Shown here piece after piece: positions 28,932-37,579 of a DNA stretch of 64,000 nt. Every line of letters begins with the position of its first letter. Position 1 is the first letter of the stretch. The DNA lies in contig JAYUZR010000042.1 of NCBI GenBank assembly GCA_043751595.1, positions 270 to 64,269 of the forward strand, in the 5' to 3' direction. The DNA comes from Candidatus Berkelbacteria bacterium. Lineage in GTDB: Bacteria; Patescibacteriota; UBA1384; CAILIB01. Under the pieces are notes generated by a model. It searched no databases and was not told the origin of the DNA. It saw nothing but the letters and a program-made list of their open reading frames with translations. The translations under genes and the position numbers were made by a program.

Positions 28932-29969
28932 ATGAAACCCCCAAAAGCACTATGGATAGGAATTGGCCTTGGCGCCTTAGCCTATTTGGTGTGCATGGGA
29001 ATTGCCCTTGCCAGTGGCGTGCAGGTTATTACGCCGGTAGTTGCCGTGCATCCAACAAAAACCAGGCCACTATTACCGCCAAAAACAGGTCCGGTAGCAG
29101 AATCACCCACCGAGGTATTTACCCGGCAAGCACTTGAGTTGGTGGATGAGAAAGGCACGCCGGACGCCATCGCCTTTGTCCAAAAACGCCTTACCGAAGA
29201 CCCAACCCTGGCCCGCAGCTGCCACGGGGTGATGCATGAAATCGGGCACGAAACCCTTGAACACCATACCTACCAAGAGGCCCTAAGCTTTGATACCAAG
29301 GTGTGCGGCTCGGGATATCTGCACGGCATTGTCGAGCGCGCTTTTAGTAAGGAGCCCGACCCCGCTACGGCTTTAGCCAAGTTTTGCACCTCGCGAGATG
29401 GGCGTTGCGTACACGGACTGGGCCACGGCGTACTCCTGCACACTGAGGGTGATATTAGTGAGGCAATTCCTCTTTGCTCCCTACTTACCAGAGAAAGTCG
29501 CTCGTACTGTGCAGAAGGGTTATTTATGGAGCACTTTGGCAAAGATAGCACCGGTAATTTGAAGTTAACCGAAGACGATACCCACTTACTTGATGCCTGT
29601 CACGGGCTACGTAGTCCTTACGCCGATGCCTGCTATTTTTACGGACCAACCAGCTACTTGGGCCGGCATACGGATGATTTTACTGGTGCATTAACCTGGT
29701 GCCGCGCCCTGGGTGGCGGGAGTAATTGCATTCGTGGAGTAGGTAGTCGTGCGATGAAATATCATATTGATGAACCTTCCTATTCGTGGAAGTTGTGTGC
29801 AGGATTATCTAATAGCGAAAAAGGGATTTGTACTGATGGCGCTATTGGCTATCTATTGGTGCACACCGAGAGTTTTCAACCTGCCAAAGACTTTTGCGCC
29901 ACGCTTACTGGCGATGATCGGAGTCTGTGCGATGCTGCCATTTTAAAGCGAAGGCATTGGTTTGATTGA
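28932..29969 (+). CDS. membrane-anchored Cys/His-rich repeat protein
   Basis: CHGVMHEIGH, CGSGYLHG, CVHGLGHG and paired Cys repeats. Confidence 0.75.
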   Translation: MKPPKALWIGIGLGALAYLVCMGIALASGVQVITPVVAVHPTKTRPLLPPKTGPVAESPTEVFTRQALELVDEKGTPDAIAFVQKRLTEDPTLARSCHGVMHEIGHETLEHHTYQEALSFDTKVCGSGYLHGIVERAFSKEPDPATALAKFCTSRDGRCVHGLGHGVLLHTEGDISEAIPLCSLLTRESRSYCAEGLFMEHFGKDSTGNLKLTEDDTHLLDACHGLRSPYADACYFYGPTSYLGRHTDDFTGALTWCRALGGGSNCIRGVGSRAMKYHIDEPSYSWKLCAGLSNSEKGICTDGAIGYLLVHTESFQPAKDFCATLTGDDRSLCDAAILKRRHWFD

Positions 29970-30063
29970 TTAGTAGCTCTAGGAGGTCGACAAAAAGAGA
30001 CTTTTGTGGTATAAGACAGCGTCAACCTCACATTTGAGGACCTGACAGAATTGAGTATTGGAC

Positions 30064-31080
30064 ATGAACAAATTGAAGTTTATCTGGCTGGTGGCAGCCC
30101 TGACCCTTTGGGCAGGCACTGCCTTCGCCCAAGTCTTGCCGCCTTCCGGCGGCTTCGTCTCGGGTGGTCAGGGCACTCCGCCCAACCCGCCCAGTCGCCG
30201 CTTTACGCCACCACCAGCTCTCCCGCGTACGCAAGTGCGTGAAGGGTACCTGCCGGCCTACCGGTTTGACTCGGTCAACCTGGCAGAGGTTGGCCGTAAT
30301 TTTGACCGCGTCATCATCTTCTCCGTCGGCCCCACGGCCGAAGGAGAGATCGATCTGACCGGGGTCGGCAACCTCGGGATCGTCAAGCGACTCAAGGATG
30401 CCGGCGTCAAGCAGGTATTTCTGGCGGTTGGCGGGGCGAATCGCTCTTCCAACATGCTGAGCGTCTGCTCGCAGTCGCCGCTCCGCGCGGCCTTCGTCAC
30501 CAACCTTGTTGAACTCTGCAATGCTAGCAACATTGACGGGGTAGACTTGGATTGGGAAGAAGAGACTCCGCAAGCCAAGGCGGCAGCCAAGCCCTATCTG
30601 AACCAACTGATCGTCGATCTCTCCTCCGCCCTACACGGCGTGGGAAAGAAGGTTTCCGCCGCCGTCTCCGATCGGGAGCAACTTACCTCAAGCGCAGTCG
30701 TTGCCCTGGACCTTCTGCATCTGATGCTCTATGAGCAGCGGGCGCAAGAGGGACACAGCACCTTCGACTACGCCGAACGAGAGGTTACCGAGTGGTCGCT
30801 GCGGGTTAGCCCAGTCAAGATATCGTTGGGAGTTCCTTTCTTCGGAAAGAACCTCGCCACCGGTGATGCTAAGACTTACGCCGACCTGGTCGGCATGGTC
30901 AAAGCTGCCGGCAGCGACATCAACTTGGACATGGTCGCCGGGTACTCCTACAACGGACCTGCAACCATCGCGCGGAAGCTGGCATTCGCCAAGTCTCGCG
31001 GACTGGGCGCGGTCTTTGCCTGGGAGATAGGCCAGGATGCACCAGGAGCAGATTCTCTCGGAAAACTCTTCGCGAAATAG
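30064..31080 (+). CDS. secreted GH18 glycoside hydrolase (chitinase-like)
   Basis: Signal peptide (AFA-Q), Pro-rich linker, AVGGA, catalytic DGVDLDWE and WEIGQD. Confidence 0.9.
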   Translation: MNKLKFIWLVAALTLWAGTAFAQVLPPSGGFVSGGQGTPPNPPSRRFTPPPALPRTQVREGYLPAYRFDSVNLAEVGRNFDRVIIFSVGPTAEGEIDLTGVGNLGIVKRLKDAGVKQVFLAVGGANRSSNMLSVCSQSPLRAAFVTNLVELCNASNIDGVDLDWEEETPQAKAAAKPYLNQLIVDLSSALHGVGKKVSAAVSDREQLTSSAVVALDLLHLMLYEQRAQEGHSTFDYAEREVTEWSLRVSPVKISLGVPFFGKNLATGDAKTYADLVGMVKAAGSDINLDMVAGYSYNGPATIARKLAFAKSRGLGAVFAWEIGQDAPGADSLGKLFAK

Positions 31081-31101
31081 AAAGAAAGGATGGTGATACT
31101 C

Positions 31102-31131
31102 AAAAGGCCCTCGAGGATTCGGGGGCTTTTT
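31102..31131 (+). terminator. intrinsic terminator
   Basis: aaaaggccctcga...tcgggggcttttt. Confidence 0.75.
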
Positions 31132-31160
31132 GCTTTTTGTACTTTGTTGGCTATAGGAGC

Positions 31161-32112
31161 AGGATATTCTCATTAAAAATGCGACTCGCTAAGCTGAAGG
31201 TGTAAGCCAATCAGTAACTAGGAGAGTCGCACGTGAATACTGTAGATCAAATTGAAATAGCCTGGAAGCTATACAGCCGAGGTGTTGGAGTGGGTGAAAT
31301 AGCCTTGAGTCTTTCAGTCCACCGAGCAACGGTATACCGCTGGATTGCTGGCATAAAACGAGCTGGATGCCTTCGCTCTTTCTTAAAGAGATATGCTTCA
31401 GCCAAGAAACGAGCCCGAGTAACCCGGATTCATCCTCATGCAGAGATCTTGCTTAAGGAGCAGCGCAGAAAGACCGGATACTGCGGCCAGAAGCTTGTCT
31501 TCTGGCTCAAGAAAAAGCATGGCATTTCTCTTTCGGTGGCCCATGCATATCGCTTACTTAAAAAGCACTTTGTCTTAAGCTCTAAATGGAGGAAGTGGGT
31601 GAAGAGACCAAAGCTCCCGCAAGTTACCCATCCAAACCAAGTGATTCAGATGGACGGTATCGACTTTGGAGGCATCTGGGTGCATACCTTCGTGGACTGC
31701 TATACCAGAAGAGCCCATGCGGTTGCTGTGTTAGACAAGACGGCAGCATCTGCGGCGTACGCCGCAGAACAGGCGGCTGCAGTGTTCGGGAGTATTCTGT
31801 GGCTGCAGACAGATAACGGGTCTGAGTATGGACCGAGCTTCGATATTCTAACGAAGGGCTGGTATCTAAACCGAAGAAGAATCCACCCAGGATGCTCAAA
31901 CGAGAACGGATTCGTTGAATCCTTCAACCGCACCGTTCGAAAAGAATGCTTAGGCTGGGGAAAGTACCGCCCAGAACAACAGACCAAGGTACAAGCAAGG
32001 CTAAACGCCTTCCTTCTTGAATACCACACCGAGAGACCTCATCTCTCACTTAACTTCCTTACCCCGAATGAGTTCATGCTTAAGTGAGTCGCATTTGACA
32101 TGAGACAATCCG
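31161..32112 (+). mobile_element. IS481/IS3-like insertion sequence (about 952 bp)
   Basis: Imperfect 27-bp inverted repeats (31161-31187 and 32086-32112, core AAATGCGACTC), flanked by GGAGC direct repeats at 31156-31160 and 32113-32117. Confidence 0.75.
31233..32087 (+). CDS. DDE transposase (integrase core with N-terminal HTH)
   Basis: HRATVYRW, QMDG, QTDNGSEY, NGFVESFNRT and RPHLSL..LTP. Confidence 0.92.
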   Translation: MNTVDQIEIAWKLYSRGVGVGEIALSLSVHRATVYRWIAGIKRAGCLRSFLKRYASAKKRARVTRIHPHAEILLKEQRRKTGYCGQKLVFWLKKKHGISLSVAHAYRLLKKHFVLSSKWRKWVKRPKLPQVTHPNQVIQMDGIDFGGIWVHTFVDCYTRRAHAVAVLDKTAASAAYAAEQAAAVFGSILWLQTDNGSEYGPSFDILTKGWYLNRRRIHPGCSNENGFVESFNRTVRKECLGWGKYRPEQQTKVQARLNAFLLEYHTERPHLSLNFLTPNEFMLK

Positions 32113-32117
32113 GGAGC

Positions 32118-32146
32118 TTGACATGTCTTAAGAATAGGCGTATAAA
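32118..32146 (+). promoter_or_regulatory. sigma70-type promoter TTGACA-17-TATAAA
   Basis: Read directly from the sequence. Confidence 0.7.
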
Positions 32147-32150
32147 GCTC

Positions 32151-32255
32151 CCTTACGTCCTTTTGGACACGAGAGCTGACCCTCTCGTGAAGGATGGGCG
32201 TAAGGCTCATCCTCTTTGGCGTTTTTCAAAAACGTCATCGCACCTTGAAAGGTCG
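32151..32255 (+). ncRNA. candidate structured 5' leader RNA
   Basis: Five consecutive hairpins plus an alternative pairing; no family recognised. Confidence 0.35.
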
Positions 32256-32261
32256 TATAAA

Positions 32262-32972
32262 ATGAAAACACTCGCTCTTTCCGTCGACGCCAATGGCGCG
32301 CCAGCCTTGCTTCCCACTGGCGAAATCCTGAAGGGCAGCTGGACAGCTGCTCACACCGCTTCCCAAGAGGAAGCCAAAGGCCTCCTCGGTCCCCAGCACG
32401 TTACAGTGCCCCAGACCGAGAAGAAGCTGACCACAGCAGTGAACGCTCCTACGCTTGGAAAACTCGTACCTGCAGAGGTACGGATTTCCCGGGCGGACCA
32501 GGAAAAGTTCACAGCTGCCCAGAAGAACGCCCTCGGCGACCAGAAAGCCGAGAAGTATATTCAAGAGGTTGGGCTCGATGCCCGAACTCTACGAGGGCTA
32601 GCTCTCATGAATATCCTTGGTATATGGATCGGGTACAAGATAGGGGCCTTCGGCCTCATCGTAAATCTGCTCCTTCTCTGGATCACAGCTGGAATCTGGA
32701 AGGATTACACCTTCCGAGTCCTTCGAGAGTGGTTAACACTCTCGAACCAACTCACCCGGGCACAGAGAAACTGGTTTCGAGCCAGTAATCAATGGTGGTA
32801 CTTCAAGTATCTCCTTGTATTTCTCTTCGTCACTCTGGCGGCAAACGGCTACATGCTCTACGGAGCAGGCAGCCAACTCATCAATAAGAACCTCCACCCG
32901 GAGGCTCCAAAGCTGAGCATCGCCAAAAAGTTGCCCGCCGTAAAAAGTGGGCACCACAAAAAACACCGGTAG
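32262..32972 (+). CDS. hypothetical membrane protein
   Basis: Start MKTLALS downstream of the promoter; 2-3 TM segments and a basic C-terminal tail. Confidence 0.7.
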   Translation: MKTLALSVDANGAPALLPTGEILKGSWTAAHTASQEEAKGLLGPQHVTVPQTEKKLTTAVNAPTLGKLVPAEVRISRADQEKFTAAQKNALGDQKAEKYIQEVGLDARTLRGLALMNILGIWIGYKIGAFGLIVNLLLLWITAGIWKDYTFRVLREWLTLSNQLTRAQRNWFRASNQWWYFKYLLVFLFVTLAANGYMLYGAGSQLINKNLHPEAPKLSIAKKLPAVKSGHHKKHR

Positions 32973-33037
32973 CGAAAAAGCTACCACCAAAAAGAACAGC
33001 CGCCACCCGACCCCGGGTGGCGCTTTTCGTATATAAC

Positions 33038-33064
33038 AAAACAGCCCCTTGCGGGGCTGTTTTT
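33038..33064. terminator. bidirectional terminator
   Basis: aaaacagcccc-ttgc-ggggctgttttt. A second hairpin (cgccacccg...cgggtggcg) lies at 33001-33022. Confidence 0.8.
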
Positions 33065-33090
33065 CGGATTGTAACGAAAGGGCTGCGCGC

Positions 33091-33651
33091 TTACTGGGTC
33101 GTGGTGGTTGATGCCGCCGCAGGATCCCCCATCATCCCCCTGCCCATTCCGCCATGATGACCGCCGCGTCCGCCAGGACCGCCGGCTGGGCGTAGGTAGC
33201 TGATATCGATGCCATTATCGGTTGCCCACTTCTGGAGAGCAGTACGCTCGGCGTCCATAGCTGTTTTCCGTTCGGCATCAGTCTTGCCTTCCATGGCAGT
33301 ATGGTTCGCCTCACGGGAAGCTTGCATCTCGGCCTGCTTAGCAATAATCAGAGCCTTTTGGGCTTCGGTAATTTTGCCATCAGTGACGAGCCCAGAAAGC
33401 CGGGTTTCTTCGGATGCTTTCATCTCGGCAGTGCGCGTTGCTTCTTGAGCAGTGTGCGTGTCATCAACTACTTTTTGCACATCGGTCTTGTTCAGGTTGA
33501 ACTTGCTAACCAGCGCATCGATGAGAGCGCTATCCCGAGTTGTACTAGTGGAAGAAGCAGCAGCGGCAAAGGTGTGGGTAGCACCGATTCCGACCACTCC
33601 AGCCGAGGCGATTGCCAGGGCAATTGCAAGCTGTTTATTGAGCTTAGCCAT
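33091..33651 (-). CDS. secreted helical protein with Gly/His/Met-rich tail (envelope-stress-like)
   Basis: Signal peptide, LVSKFNLNKTDVQ, DGKITEAQ and GGHHGGMG. Confidence 0.75.
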   Translation of the reverse strand: MAKLNKQLAIALAIASAGVVGIGATHTFAAAASSTSTTRDSALIDALVSKFNLNKTDVQKVVDDTHTAQEATRTAEMKASEETRLSGLVTDGKITEAQKALIIAKQAEMQASREANHTAMEGKTDAERKTAMDAERTALQKWATDNGIDISYLRPAGGPGGRGGHHGGMGRGMMGDPAAASTTTTQ

Positions 33652-33704
33652 GTAAGTGACTTACGAATAAGGTTTTGTGACAGTGATCAATTTGTCACAA
33701 AAGT

Positions 33705-33738
33705 AGTGTACCAACCGCCTAGTGAAGACTCTGTGAAG
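33705..33738 (-). promoter_or_regulatory. CTTCAC-N5-CTTCAC box plus -10 TACACT
   Basis: Plus strand gtgaagactctgtgaag at 33722-33738; matches 35411-35427. Confidence 0.65.
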
Positions 33739-34774
33739 GGTTCGGAAGGATAACAACAACAGATGTACCAACCCCAACTTCGCTCTCTAACTGCACCTTT
33801 CCACCGAGCTGCTCGATGCTGGATTGGACGATGGCAAGACCCAAACCACTACCCCCTGTTTCGCGACTACGTGAAGCTTCTGGCCGATAAAAGCGAGTAA
33901 AGACTTGCCCTACTTCTTCTGGCGCAATACCCATGCCGGTATCTTTTACGGTAATAGTTCGCGCATTCTCTAGCTGAGACGAAGAGACCACTACCTTACC
34001 CTTGGCGTCGGTGTACTGAATAGCGTTTCGCAAAATATTGCTCAGGGCCAAAGCAAGTAACTTGGGTTGAGTAGTAATCTCGCCCTCAGGCTCTTCATCT
34101 AGCAATAGTTCTACTTTTCGTTCGCGGGCCAGTGGCTGAGCAAGCTCTAATTGTTCGTGTAAGAATTCGGCCAACGAAATTACCTCGGCAACGTGGCCGG
34201 ATTGTTCAGTCTTACTGAGAGTAAGTAAGTCGGTAACTAAGCTGCTCATGCGAGAAACTCCCGCCAGAATATCTTGCACTTCTTGTTTGGTGGCCTTGCT
34301 TAGCGAAGGCTCGTCGCGTAAGTTTTGTAACTGGCTGGAAAGTACCGTAAGTGGGGTGCGTAGTTCGTGCGAGGCATCACTAACGAAATTCTTTTGCTTT
34401 TCATATGCCTCGCGAATTGGCCGCAGCGTATAGCCAGCCAACAGATAGCCAGCTCCTCCACCCAACAGTACCAACATGCCATCAACCAAGACCATAGTAT
34501 TACGCAGGTCTTGCAATACTTCGTCTCGACTTGGCACTAAGGCAAACACCCCAGGTGCTACTTGCTCCATCCGGAAGCGACGAGACTCTAGCCGCTGTTG
34601 AATCTGAGTAGAGAACCGAGAGAAAATAGCTCCACTAGAAACTACTAGCGTAATCGCCAAAACCCCAGCATAGAGCAGGGTTAGGACGAGGCGAGCCTGG
34701 TGGAACTGGTCGGTAGAGGGCTTATTATTCAAGGCGATATCCCTTCCCCCAAACAGTGGCGATGCGCTCGGCAT
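33719..34774 (-). CDS. sensor histidine kinase
   Basis: DASHELRTPL, NILRNA, DTGMG and GSGLGL motifs. True start is probably near 34732. Confidence 0.92.
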   Translation of the reverse strand: MPSASPLFGGRDIALNNKPSTDQFHQARLVLTLLYAGVLAITLVVSSGAIFSRFSTQIQQRLESRRFRMEQVAPGVFALVPSRDEVLQDLRNTMVLVDGMLVLLGGGAGYLLAGYTLRPIREAYEKQKNFVSDASHELRTPLTVLSSQLQNLRDEPSLSKATKQEVQDILAGVSRMSSLVTDLLTLSKTEQSGHVAEVISLAEFLHEQLELAQPLARERKVELLLDEEPEGEITTQPKLLALALSNILRNAIQYTDAKGKVVVSSSQLENARTITVKDTGMGIAPEEVGQVFTRFYRPEASRSRETGGSGLGLAIVQSSIEQLGGKVQLESEVGVGTSVVVILPNPSQSLH

Positions 34775-35387
34775 AGGCCTTGGGAAGCTTTTTGCGGAGG
34801 TTTTTCATATGAACATCTACCACATTACTAAATGAATCAAAGAAGCGGTCCCACACATGCTCTAATAAATCGTCGCGGGAGACAACTGTGCCTTTATTGC
34901 GCAGTAAATACTCGAGTAAGCCGTATTCGCGCAGCGTAAGTGCTAACACTTCGCCATCGACCGAAACTTTTTGCGAAGCTGGATCTACCTGGAGGCCATC
35001 GAGGGAAAGGACTGACTCCATGGTAAGGGCTGGGCGCCGCATTAGACTGCGAAGCCGAGCAGCAAGTTCGTCAAAATCGAAGGGCTTAGCCAGATAGTCG
35101 TCGCCGCCGCCATCAAGGCCAGCGACTTTATCGGCCACTTCTCCCTTTGCTGTTAAGAATAATACTGGCGTAACCACCCCCGCCTCGCGCAAGTTTTTGC
35201 AGATAGTAAAGCCGTCTCGCCGGGGAAGCATCACATCGAGCACCAGCGCATCGTAGGGATTCATGCGCGCCAAGTTCTCGCCCTCAAGCCCATCGCGCGA
35301 GACATCTACGGTGTACCCGCGGCGGGTGAGGCCGGTTTTAAGCGCATCGGCCAGCGCTGGTTCGTCTTCTACTACGAGTAATCTCAT
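34725..35387 (-). CDS. OmpR family response regulator
   Basis: LVVEDE, LDVMLP, DDYLAKPF and VWGKGY. Confidence 0.95.
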   Translation of the reverse strand: MRLLVVEDEPALADALKTGLTRRGYTVDVSRDGLEGENLARMNPYDALVLDVMLPRRDGFTICKNLREAGVVTPVLFLTAKGEVADKVAGLDGGGDDYLAKPFDFDELAARLRSLMRRPALTMESVLSLDGLQVDPASQKVSVDGEVLALTLREYGLLEYLLRNKGTVVSRDDLLEHVWDRFFDSFSNVVDVHMKNLRKKLPKAYAERIATVWGKGYRLE

Positions 35388-35393
35388 GGGCCA

Positions 35394-35427
35394 ATACTAG
35401 CCGAAAAGTGGTGAAGGAGCTGTGAAG
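35394..35427 (-). promoter_or_regulatory. CTTCAC-N5-CTTCAC box plus -10 TAGTAT (candidate autoregulatory site)
   Basis: Plus strand gtgaaggagctgtgaag at 35411-35427, with the same 11-nt spacing to the -10 as at 33722. Confidence 0.65.
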
Positions 35428-35455
35428 ATCTTTCATGAACTGCTACGCTCGCTCC

Positions 35456-36349
35456 ATGAAATCTGTTCTGCGCATTCTTAAGAAGTATTTAGGACCACTC
35501 CTCACCTTGGTGGCACTTGGCTTTTTGATTGTTACTTTGGTGCGCGACTGGCCTTTGGTGAAGGGAGCAATCCAGAACGCCGACTGGATGTGGATCGCCA
35601 TCGGTATTATTGGCTACTGGTATTACTTCTTTTTGCGCGGACTGGGCTGGCGCCACACCATCGGGCTTTTTGGCCACAAGCTCCCCACTCTTACCGCCAT
35701 CACCATTTGGAACCACAGTGAAGTGGCTCGCTTTATTCCTGGTAATGTTTGGTCCCTAGTTGGACGAGCCACCCTGGCCGAGCGCGAAGGAGTACCACCT
35801 AAACATACTGCTGCAAGCTTGGTCCTTGAGGCGCTTTTCTTGGTACTTGGCGCTGGGCTTCTTTCCGTAGTTGGCCTCTGGCAGTTTTTTGAGAATAAAG
35901 CCCTTTTTATTGGGATGATTATCCTGCTTGCTATAGGTGCTGGCGCCATCATACCGTGGGCAGCCAAAAAGATCCGTGCCAAGTTCTTTGCTGATGTCCC
36001 CGTTCCTAAGCTAAGCGAGGTAGTTATCGGGTTTTGGCACTATCCGGTTGCTTGGGCGGCCTACGCTCTAGCCTCCTACGCCGTTGCCCTGGCTTTTTAT
36101 CCGCTGGTACCGTTTTGGCTTACGTTAAGCAGCGCCATAACCGCCTGGCTACTAGGCTATCTAAGTCTCATAACCCCAATGGGCCTCGGTGTTCGCGAGG
36201 TGGTTTTTGTTGAGTTGATGAAAAACGCCGTTACGGCACCGATTGCCAATGTTTTAAGTATTACTTCTCGCCTCGTACTCACGATTAGCGAGGTGCTGTT
36301 TTTAGGGTTACTTTGGGTGGTTACTGCCGTTCATAAGAAGGCACGATAG
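35456..36349 (+). CDS. lysylphosphatidylglycerol synthase TM/flippase-like protein
   Basis: RFIPGNVW and PMGLGVRE motifs; TACGCT-N6-ATG start. Confidence 0.85.
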   Translation: MKSVLRILKKYLGPLLTLVALGFLIVTLVRDWPLVKGAIQNADWMWIAIGIIGYWYYFFLRGLGWRHTIGLFGHKLPTLTAITIWNHSEVARFIPGNVWSLVGRATLAEREGVPPKHTAASLVLEALFLVLGAGLLSVVGLWQFFENKALFIGMIILLAIGAGAIIPWAAKKIRAKFFADVPVPKLSEVVIGFWHYPVAWAAYALASYAVALAFYPLVPFWLTLSSAITAWLLGYLSLITPMGLGVREVVFVELMKNAVTAPIANVLSITSRLVLTISEVLFLGLLWVVTAVHKKAR

Positions 36350-36384
36350 TAAAATAGCTGGTTTTTTGCTATATCTAGCCCACC

Positions 36385-36696
36385 ATGCGCTGCACCCAAC
36401 ACCTTGCCGAAGTTACCTGCCCCCTCATTAAAGGGGCCGAGCTTTTTGGTGATGTTTGGACTATTCAGATTATTGCCAAGCTCCTCGAGCGCCCGATGCG
36501 CTGGAGCGAACTTGAATTAGCCTTTAATACCGATGAAAACGTGCGCAAGTTAAGCACTCGCACTCTTTCCGATCGCCTGCACACCCTGCAGGAGCGCAAT
36601 ATCCTTAAGGTAGTTGATGAGCAGTACACCCTTATCCAGCCAGAGCTTTTGAGTCCGGTCGTTGCCAGTTTACGGCAAGCTGGTAAGGAAATGTAG
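36385..36696 (+). CDS. HxlR family winged-helix regulator
   Basis: CPL...GDVWT..I and STRTLSDRL. Confidence 0.85.
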   Translation: MRCTQHLAEVTCPLIKGAELFGDVWTIQIIAKLLERPMRWSELELAFNTDENVRKLSTRTLSDRLHTLQERNILKVVDEQYTLIQPELLSPVVASLRQAGKEM

Positions 36697-36808
36697 CTGA
36701 TTTTTTACTTGTACGAGCCGTTGTAGGTTGACATGTCACCTACTTTCAGGCTATTAGAGGCCAGAACGCATCACTAAATCTCGGTGCGAGAAAAGGGAAA
36801 TAAGAAAC

Positions 36809-37432
36809 TTGAGAAAGCTAAGCTTACTCTTCGCGCTCCTGCTCATGGCAAGCAGCGCCTTCGCGCAGCAGATTCGTACTGCTGCGGCGGCAACCTTCAA
36901 TGGTGCCGCTTTCGTAAACGGGATCGACGTCGCTCGCAACGACTCGACCATTATCTCCGGCCCTGGCTCAACCAACTACATCCTTCTGGATACGGTGCTT
37001 ACCAACGGGATCTCTGATCCTGGTACGCGCACCGTTCTCCTTCAGGGTTTAAAGGTTACCTGGGGCGGCGGCGACGTCTTTACTGCAACCAGCATGTTGA
37101 ATGCCGGTGGCAGTTTGTCCGCATCCGGGGTTACCGTATTTGGAGCTCCGCGAACGCTCCCGGTCTCCGGGTTTGATACCTACACGAGCCCTTCGTTTCC
37201 TGGCATGAGTGTGCTCTTCGGAGCCATCTCAGGCCAGTCGTTCGATGGCATCAGCTATGGAGCAATGCTCCAGATCAACGGACCGGCCGGTATTCCCTAC
37301 CGCGCCAACTACGGGTTGGTAGCGGATTCAGGCCAAACCTTTTCGGGCGGGGGCACTGCTCCTGAGCCTGGAACGCTCGCCCTTCTCACCATCGGCATTG
37401 TCGCCGGCATCTGCCGGAGGAACAGAAAATAA
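36809..37432 (+). CDS. secreted PEP-CTERM sorting domain protein
   Basis: Signal peptide (AFA-Q) and C-terminus APEPGTLALLTIGIVAGICRRNRK. Confidence 0.88.
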   Translation: MRKLSLLFALLLMASSAFAQQIRTAAAATFNGAAFVNGIDVARNDSTIISGPGSTNYILLDTVLTNGISDPGTRTVLLQGLKVTWGGGDVFTATSMLNAGGSLSASGVTVFGAPRTLPVSGFDTYTSPSFPGMSVLFGAISGQSFDGISYGAMLQINGPAGIPYRANYGLVADSGQTFSGGGTAPEPGTLALLTIGIVAGICRRNRK

Positions 37433-37450
37433 AAAGAATCGGAGTTAAAA

Positions 37451-37488
37451 CAAAATGCGCTTTCCGCAACTGCAGGAAGCGCATTTTG
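37451..37488. terminator. hairpin/terminator
   Basis: caaaatgcgctt...aagcgcattttg. Confidence 0.65.
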
Positions 37489-37579
37489 CGTTCATAGTCA
37501 TTGATAAGGTACTAAATATAAGGCTACTAGAGCCTGTAGCGCCGCAGATACGTCAGGTGCCAGGTTGGGGAGCGTGTTT

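Noticed and set aside
30028-31173. Long antisense ORFs over the GH18 gene
   Set aside because: These are expected from GC-rich codon usage and show no motifs.
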